Assembly (NCBI GenBank): GCA_950097015.1
Contig: CATNEN010000001.1
Span: 4,650,001-4,714,000 of the forward strand
DNA length: 64,000 bases
Direction: 5' to 3'
Origin: Macrostomum hystrix
Taxonomy: Eukaryota > Animalia > Platyhelminthes
In this document: piece after piece, positions 45,001 through 52,800 of the stretch
How positions within the stretch are numbered: the first letter of the stretch is position 1
How the letters are laid out: each line of letters opens with the position of its first letter
The notes under the pieces: generated by a model
What the model was told of the DNA's origin: nothing
Database searches by the model: none
Seen by the model: the letters and a program-made list of their open reading frames with translations, nothing else
Position numbers and translations under genes: made by a program

Positions 45001-47802
45001 TTCCAAAGCAGAATCTAAAACAGATCCCAAACCAGAATCTAGAAGAGATCCCAAAGTAGAATCTAGAACAGATCCCAAACCAGAATCTAGAAGAGATCCC
45101 AAACCAGAATCTAGAACAGATACCAAAGTAGAATCTAGAACAGATCCCAAAGCAGAATCTAGAACCGATCCCAAAGCAGCATCTAGAACCGATCCCAAAG
45201 CAGCATCTAGAACCGATCCCAAAGCAGAATCTAAAACAGATCCCTAACCATAATCTACAACAGATTCCAAACCAGAATCTAGAACAGATCCCAAAGTAGA
45301 ATCTAGAACCGATCCCAAAGCAGCATCTAGAACCGATCCCAAAGTAGAATCTAGAACAGATCCCAAAGCAGAATCTAGAACAGATTCCAAAGCAGAATCT
45401 AAAACAGATCCCTAACCATAATCTAGAACAGATTCCAAACCAGAATCTAGAACAGATCCCAAACCAGAATCTAGAAGAGATCCCAAACCAGAATCTAGAA
45501 CAGATTCCAAAGCAGAATCTAAAACAGATCCCAAACCAGAATCTAGAAGAGATCCCAAAGTAGAATCTAGAACAGATCCCAAAGCAGAATCTAGAACAGA
45601 TACCAAAGCAGAATCTAGAACAGATTCCAAAGCAGAATCTAAAACAGATCCCAAACCAGAATCTAGAAGAGATCCCAAAGTAGAATCTAGAACAGATTCC
45701 AAACCAGAATCTAGAACAGATTCCAAAACAGAATCTAAAACAGATCCCTAACCATAATCTAGAACAGATTCCAAAGCAGAATCTAGAACAGATCCCAAAC
45801 CAGAATCTAGAAGAGATCCCTAACCAGAATCTAGAACAGATCCCAAACCAGAATCTAGAACAGATCCCAAACCAGAATCTAGAACAGATACCAAAGTAGA
45901 ATCTAAAACAGATCCCTAACCATAATCTAGAACAGATTCAAAACCAGAATCTAGAACAGATCCCAAACCAGAATCTAGAAGAGATCCCAAAGTAGAATCT
46001 AGAATAGATTCCAAAGCAGAATCTAAAACAGATCCCTAACCATAATCTAGAACACATTCCAAACCAGAATCTAGAACAGATCCCAAACCAGAATCTAGAA
46101 GAGATCCCAAAGTAGAATCTAGAACAGATCCCAAACCAGAATCTAGAAGAGATCCCAAAGCAGAATCTAGAACAGATTCCAAAGCAGAATCTAAAACAGA
46201 TCCCTAACCATAATCTAGAACAGATTCCAAACCAGAATCTAGAACAGATCCCAAACCAGAATCTAGAAGAGATCCCAAACCAGAATCTAGAACAGATACC
46301 AAAGTAGAATCTAAAACAGATCCCTAACCATAATCTAGAACAGATTCAAAACCAGAATCTAGAACAGATCCCAAAGCAGAATCTAAAACAGATTCCAAAC
46401 CAGAATCTAGAACAGATACCAAAGTAGAATCTAAAACAGATCCCTAACCATAATCTAGAACAGATTCAAAACCAGAATCTAGAACAGATCCCAAAGCAGA
46501 ATCTAAAACAGATTCCAAACCAGAATCTAGAACAGATCACAAACCAGAATCTAGAATAGATTCCAAACCAGAATCTAGAACAGATTCCAAACCAGAATCT
46601 AGAACAGATCCCAAACCAGAATCTAGAACAGATCCCAAACCAGAATCTAGAACAGATACCAAAGTAGAATCTAAAACAGATCCCTAACCATAATCTAGAA
46701 CAGATTCAAAACCAGAATCTAGAACAGATCCCAAACCAGAATCTAGAAGAGATCCCAAAGTAGAATCTAGAATAGATTCCAAAGCAGAATCTAAAACAGA
46801 TTCCAAACCAGAATCTAGAACAGATCCCAAAGCAGCATCTAGAACCGATCCCAAACCAGAATCTAGAAGAGATCCCAAAGTAGAATCTAGAACAGATCCC
46901 AAAGCAGAATCTAGAACAGATTCCAAAGCAGAATCTAAAACAGATCCCTAACCATAATCTAGAACAGATTCCAAACCAGAATCTAGAACAGATCCCAAAC
47001 CAGAATCTAGAAGAGATCCCAAACCAGAATCTAGAACAGATTCCAAAGCAGAATCTAAAACAGATCCCAAACCAGAATCTAGAAGAGATCCCAAAGTAGA
47101 ATCTAGAACAGATCCCAAAGCAGAATCTAGAAGAGATCCCAAACCAGAATCTAGAACAGATACCAAAGTAGAATCTAGAACAGATCCCAAAGCAGAATCT
47201 AGAACCGATCCCAAAGCAGCATCTAGAACCGATCCCAAAGCAGCATCTAGAACCGATCCCAAAGCAGAATCTAAAACAGATCCCTAACCATAATCTAGAA
47301 CAGATTCCAAACCAGAATCTAGAACAGATCCCAAAGCAGCATCTAGAACCGATCCCAAAGCAGCATCTAGAACCGATCCCAAAGTAGAATCTAGAACAGA
47401 TCCCAAAGCAGAATCTAGAACAGATTCCAAAGCAGAATCTAAAACAGATCCCTAACCATAATCTAGAACAGATTCCAAACCAGAATCTAGAACAGATCCC
47501 AAAGCAGAATCTAGAAGAGATCCCAAACCAGAATCTAGAACAGATTCCAAAGCAGAATCTAAAACAGATCCCAAACCAGAATCTAGAAGAGATCCCAAAG
47601 TAGAATCTAGAACAGATCCCAAAGCAGAATCTAGAACAGATACCAAAGCAGAATCTAGAACAGATTCCAAAGCAGAATCTAAAACAGATCCCAAACCAGA
47701 ATCTAGAAGAGATCCCAAAGTAGAATCTAGAACAGATTCCAAACCAGAATCTAGAACAGATTCCAAAACAGAATCTAAAACAGATCCCTAACCATAATCT
47801 AG
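1..47802. repeat. 24-bp tandem satellite array (consensus GATCCCAAACCAGAATCTAGAACA), ~1,990 monomers, continues past window start
   Basis: Exact 24-bp period throughout: every second 60-nt line begins ATCTA from 61 to 47701. Monomers differ only by recurrent substitutions. Confidence 0.99.
47799..47802. other. Target-site duplication CTAG, left copy (right copy 57009-57012)
   Basis: ...CCATAATCTAG|TG-LTR...LTR-CA|CTAGAATAGA. Removing the element and one CTAG restores an intact satellite monomer. Confidence 0.95.
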
Positions 47803-48470
47803 TGATGTGCTGTAGACTGCTGAGCAGCCTCCAGGCAATCTGTGAGTCAGGCTGTTCTAGGTCTGTGGGAGGGCTAGGGTTGGTAGTTAGTGTTTCCCGT
47901 GCACTGTCACATCCGCTCGCCACCCCCCTCCGCGCGCTCTCTCTCTCTTTCCAGCTCTGTCTGCGCACTGAGTCACATTGCACACCATGGTGCAATCGCT
48001 TAAGTTCGGAAGAAGACTGGCAGAACAACGCTCAAATGCTCCTACTATAAGTAGAGCACAGTCCGACGAATCCTTGAGATGGGGTTGTTATCATGGTAGC
48101 ACGTTTTCTGTATGAATATGGCACGTTTCTTGTCTCCAGTCTTCATGCCGCTCGGAACAGTTTGTGATTACTTTCTGTGTCCATTCTTTTGGCTCTCTAA
48201 AGATCTTAGACAATTCTTGTTGGTCTAGGTCACACACTGCATTTAGAAGCTTGGTGTGTCACCCGATCTAGCATAAGATCTGTGAGTTTAGCTAGAACGT
48301 GGACTAGGTAGAAGAAGTCACGAGAGAACTTAGCTGTCTAAGCCTGACTACCGGATTGTTCCTCTGCTAGGAAGTATCTGAGTGTGAGGCCGGATACTCT
48401 CTCTCTCGGAATCTAGTTCCTGTCTTGGTTATTTGCCAATTGTGTGTGCCACGCTACCACAGGTACAACA
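47803..48470 (+). repeat. 5' LTR, 668 bp
   Basis: Starts TGATGTG and ends ACAACA. No differences from 56341-57008 seen by eye. Followed by the PBS. Confidence 0.98.
48046..48051 (+). promoter_or_regulatory. Putative TATA box in the LTR (TATAAG)
   Basis: The only TATA-like motif seen, ~245 bp into the LTR and downstream of two TGAGTCA sites. Confidence 0.45.
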
Positions 48471-48471
48471 T

Positions 48472-48495
48472 TGGTGGCAAAGCGGTGTGATTCGA
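48472..48495 (+). other. Primer binding site, tRNA-Leu type, with a 2-nt insertion
   Basis: TGGTGGCA(AA)GCGGTGTGATTCGA, 1 nt after the LTR end. Compare the reverse complement of the metazoan tRNA-Leu(AAG) 3' end, TGGTGGCAGCGGTGGGATTCGA. Confidence 0.8.
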
Positions 48496-48532
48496 GTTAG
48501 CCTTTTACTCATTCACTGCGGATACGAACGCC

Positions 48533-49822
48533 ATGTCCCAAGAGGAGCTGGATTCTGAGAGGGAGGAGAGGCAGCAGGTAGCCCGGAGCTTGGAGTCTCG
48601 CGGTGGCTGTGCGCTGCAGGAAGCTGCTGGCAGGAGTCGGTGGAACGGCCGCGGCAACGGCTGTGTCGGCGACGGCGAGGACGGCGAGAGCGACTTCGGC
48701 GACGACGACCAGTCTGGCGGCGAGGACGACGACCGGGGCGCAGCGGCAGCGGCAGCAAGGCGACGACGACCGAGGCTGGACGACAGGGCGACGGCTGACC
48801 TGGTGTACCGGATGCTCAACCTGATGGAGAAGCAGGTGGAACAACAACAAGGTAGGACGGCGAAGATTGCCAAGTTTTCTCGGGGTCAGGACGTGCATCT
48901 GTGGGTGGACGCGTTTGAAGCGTATTGCGCCCGGGCTGCGATCCGCAGTTCGGAGACACGCAAGGCCCTTCTACTCGACCACCTCGATGTACAGTGCCTG
49001 AATGCCGTCCTCAGGATGAAGCTGCCCGAAGAGCTCACGTATGCCCAGTTCAAGGAGCGTATTGTGGAGCGATTCGCGCCGCTGAGTAGCCCTGAGGAGT
49101 ACCGAGACGAGTTCCGCAATCGCTATCAGAAGAAAGCGGAAACGCTTGATGACTATGCTGATGCGTTGCAGGGACTCGGCGAGCAGGCCTATACCAACCT
49201 TCGCCAAAGAGATTTGGACTATGAGTTGGTCGACCAGTTTATTAAGGGAGTTCGGACTTCGGTTGAGAACCGCAAGCACCTGCTGCGGACTCGCCCTAGG
49301 ACACTCCTGGAAGCTAGGCGAGAGCTAAAGCGCCTAGAGGTGGTCGACGAGGCAGTCCAGAGGGCGAAGGATGGGCCGGCTCGGATGGTGCACGGCGAGG
49401 ATGGGGACCTGAATGCGCGGCCGCCACCGCAAGGTGTTACCGCTGCGCTGAAGGGACTCGAATCGCTGATGACCAAGATGGTCGAGGTCCAGGGTCAGCA
49501 GCTGCAGCATCAGCAGAAGATGCAGGAGATGCTGGTCCAGGCGCTCAGCCGACCACAAGGAGCCGTGCAGCAGGAAGGACCGGCGCAGCCAAGAGGGGCA
49601 TGCTTTGGTTGCGGAAAGTTCGGACACCTGAGGCGTGATTGCCCGACGAGGCCACCCAAGCCGCGTTACGAGCACCACACTCAGGGGTACCCGAGAGAGC
49701 AACGGCAAGAGCCCAGGCAGCAGTCCGAGCTGCAGGCCCAAGGCACTCAGACGTCGGGAAACGGGACGGCGAGGAGCACGGACGGCAGTGCCCCTCGCAG
49801 TCCAGTTCCTGGACGGGCCTGA
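48533..49822 (+). CDS. gag: Gag polyprotein (capsid-like region plus CCHC zinc knuckle), 429 aa
   Basis: First long ORF after the PBS. Contains a retrotransposon-gag-like segment (KFSRGQDVHLWVDAFE...QKKAETLDDYADAL) and the zinc knuckle CFGCGKFGHLRRDC. Confidence 0.95.
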   Translation: MSQEELDSEREERQQVARSLESRGGCALQEAAGRSRWNGRGNGCVGDGEDGESDFGDDDQSGGEDDDRGAAAAAARRRRPRLDDRATADLVYRMLNLMEKQVEQQQGRTAKIAKFSRGQDVHLWVDAFEAYCARAAIRSSETRKALLLDHLDVQCLNAVLRMKLPEELTYAQFKERIVERFAPLSSPEEYRDEFRNRYQKKAETLDDYADALQGLGEQAYTNLRQRDLDYELVDQFIKGVRTSVENRKHLLRTRPRTLLEARRELKRLEVVDEAVQRAKDGPARMVHGEDGDLNARPPPQGVTAALKGLESLMTKMVEVQGQQLQHQQKMQEMLVQALSRPQGAVQQEGPAQPRGACFGCGKFGHLRRDCPTRPPKPRYEHHTQGYPREQRQEPRQQSELQAQGTQTSGNGTARSTDGSAPRSPVPGRA

Positions 49823-52800
49823 GGGAGACTGAGGAGTCAGCTGGAGGAGAGGGTAGGGGCTCTCCTAGCACCAGCTTCCTCGAGCGTTGGTATGCCTCCA
49901 ACGCTGACCCCTATGTGACGGCGATGGTTTCTAAGAAGACGGTGCCTTTTCTCATAGACTCAGGGAGCAGGCGCTGTCTGATTGGAAGTGAGACGTGGGC
50001 ATCTCTGCGGCATGTAGTGCCGCACGCTGTGCTGACAGGAGAGAGTGCCCTGTGCAACTTTGATGGTTCTCGATTGCCGGTTTTAGGGCGAGTCGCCTTT
50101 GAGGTCAGGCTCGGCGACTACGCTGTAGACGTCGAGTTCTGCGTGACGAAGGGCGAGCACGAGAACATCCTAGGAATTGATTTCATGCGCCAGCACACCC
50201 AGAAGATTGACTTTCCGAAGGGGATGCTGACCATGAAGTCAGGAACCAGAGTGCCGCTGAGGTTCACGAGGCGAGAGGCGAGGGCCAGTCGGGTTTACTC
50301 ACTCGAGCAGACCACTGTGCCAGCGCGCTCTTCGATGCTCGTAGCGGTGAAGCTAGCGGGTGGCCGGACTGACTGTCACGGCACGCCGCTGCTTGTTGAG
50401 TCCTTGAGGTCAGGACTGAAGCCAGGGGCGTCTCAGGTCGAGATGGCCCCGACATTGCTGACGATGGCTGACGGGACAGGGTGTGTTGAAGTCATCAATA
50501 CCTCTTGCTTCCCGGCGGTCATTCGACGCAATGGACTGGTAGGGCTAGCGAGGCCATTGAAGGCAGACGAACTGGAATACCTACCAGAGCTAGAGGAGAC
50601 GCCGGTCAGGCAGGTTCAGGCAGAAGGGCTGGAGAGCGATGAGGCATGGCTAGAGGAGGTGGAGATTTGTGAGAGGTTGACCGAGGAGCAGAGGCATCGG
50701 GTTAAGGAGATGTTGAGAGAGTGCCGCGAGGCATTCGCAATGCATCCCCTGGACCATGGTGTCACTGACTTAGTCACTCATGAGATCATTGTGACAGATC
50801 CCACTCCAGTTCGCATTCCACCGAGGAGGATCCCGCCTCACTTGATGGAACAGTTGGACAAGATGCTGGATGAGATGTTGGCGAAAGGCATCATCAAGCC
50901 GACATTCTCCAGCTACAACACGCCTCTCCTGATTGTCCCTAAGAAAGACAAGACTATCAGGATTGTCTTAGACTATCGCGAGTTGAATAGCCGCTGCCTG
51001 AAGCACGTCTATCCGCTGCCAGACATTCAGCAGACCTTTGAGCATTTGAGAGGGGCGCAGTACTATTCCGCCCTCGATCTTGCACAAGGTTTCTGGCAGA
51101 TCCCGCTGAGAGAGCAGGATAGACACCTGACCGCGTTCTCGGTTCACCACAGAGGTCAGTTTGAGTTTACTGTGTTGCCGATGGGCATGACGGATTCGGC
51201 AGGGTCTTTTCAGCGCTGTATCAACAAGCTGCTGGAAGGGCTGACGCCAAAGGTAGCGTTGGGGTATATCGATGATATACTCGTCCACTCGCCTACCTTT
51301 GACGACCATTTGGAGCATCTGAGGATGATGCTGACTCGAATCCGTGAAGCCCAGTTCAAGCTGAAGCCGAAGAAGTGCCACCTGTTCAAGAGGGAGCTGC
51401 ACTACTTAGGCCATGTGGTGACACCAGAAGGCATCCTGACGAACGAGGATAAGATCGCCGAGCTCAGAGGCTGGCCGACACCTCGAAGCGCCAAAGAATT
51501 GCGCAGCTTCTTGGGGTTGGCACAGTACTACAAGAAGTTCGTCCGCAATTACTCAGGGATTGCAGCACCATTGCACGAGCTCACTAAGCGGGACGTTACC
51601 AGCTTGAAGGGTCTGTGGAAGACAGAGCATGAGAGAGCCTTTCAGGGATTGAAGGATGCGTTGTGCTCAACGGAGGTACTGGCGTACCCGGAGTACACCT
51701 CTGACCCGAAGGTGACTTTCGTCCTGGACACAGATGCCTCTGATGACCGCATAGGGGCTTGTTTGAATCAGCTGCAGTCTGATGGAGTAGAAAGGCCTGT
51801 TGGCTACTACAGCCGGAAGCTGCGAGGGCCGGAGACCCGCTACACTACGACCCGCAAAGAATTGCTGGCAGTCGTAGATGCGATGCGGCATTTCCGGTAC
51901 TTCCTGGTTGGCAAGAAGTTTGTTGTCCGGTCCGATCACAAGGCCCTGCTGTGGCTCATGCATCAGACCGAGGCGACAGGCATCTTAGGCCGTTGGGTTG
52001 AGAGAATGAGTGAGTTTGACTTCACCATTGTTCATCGTCCTGGAAAGTCTCACCAAAATGCTGACTCGATGTCGAGAAAGCCGGATAATCCGGTGAATTG
52101 TTCCTTTGGGGTGGTGACACCCCACAACCAGTTCGGTGCGAGTGCTTGCACCCGCCAAGTTTCGAGTCAGCTGGAGGAGGGACAGGAAAGGGACAATAAA
52201 CAGGTTGAAGTCAACGAAACCGCAGAGCCACTGCGAGCTGTGAAACCCAAGGCTCAAGGTGTCATTGACGGCCGACCAGGATGGGAAGCAGCTGTGTCTG
52301 AAGGACTGGTGGAAGAGCCGGTCCTGGAGCCTGTCGAGGTGCGCCAAGATAAGGCGGTGCTGCAAGGGTGTCAGGAAGACACGACCGCAGGCCAGCCTGT
52401 GAGGCGAGAAGCACCTGTCAACGGGGCCCCGCAGTCAGCTCGTTGCAGCCGGTTCTGCCTGCAGACTGTGGACGCCGCCGTGCAGACGGTAGCTACGGAG
52501 AGTAGCTGGAGCCAGGGAGCCACAAGGGAGGAGCACTGGGTGCGGGGCTGTGATGCCAAGGCACAGGTGCAAACTCAGGTGGTGGCGGAAGGCTCAGAGG
52601 TGAAGGAGAAGGTGCCCGCTCGTTGCAGCCAGTCCTGCCTGCAGGCGCCGGATCCAGAGCCTCTGGTGTGTCCGGAGACAGAGGAGGAGGTGTCCGCTCG
52701 TTGCAGCCAGTCCTGCCTGCAGACACCGAATCCTGCTGTTGAGGAGTTCTCGGAAACAGGGGAGAAGTCGCTGGCTCGTTGCAGCCAGTCCTGCCTGCGA

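Noticed and set aside
458-47766. Dozens of minus-strand ORFs (SVLDSGLG and CSRFWFGI repeats)
   Set aside because: They are translations of a 24-bp unit, mostly with non-ATG starts and recurrent stops. No splice or codon evidence of coding.
1-47802. Plus-strand frame DPKPESRT as a giant repetitive protein
   Set aside because: The common variant GAT CCC TAA CCA TAA puts in-frame stops every few hundred bp, and there is no start or unique flanking domain.
1-47802. Heat-shock elements in the monomer (GAATCTAGAA)
   Set aside because: Does not form correctly spaced nGAAn/nTTCn inverted triplets; only one mismatched pair.
47802-48050. 82-aa ORF in each LTR and the small overlapping or antisense ORFs across gag/pol/ORF3
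   Set aside because: Short, motif-less shadow ORFs expected in GC-rich coding DNA.
47803-48470. About eight CTAG motifs in the LTR, including GAATCTAG, as a possible origin of the satellite
   Set aside because: Shared stretches are about 8 bp at most and no full monomer is present; insufficient evidence of derivation.
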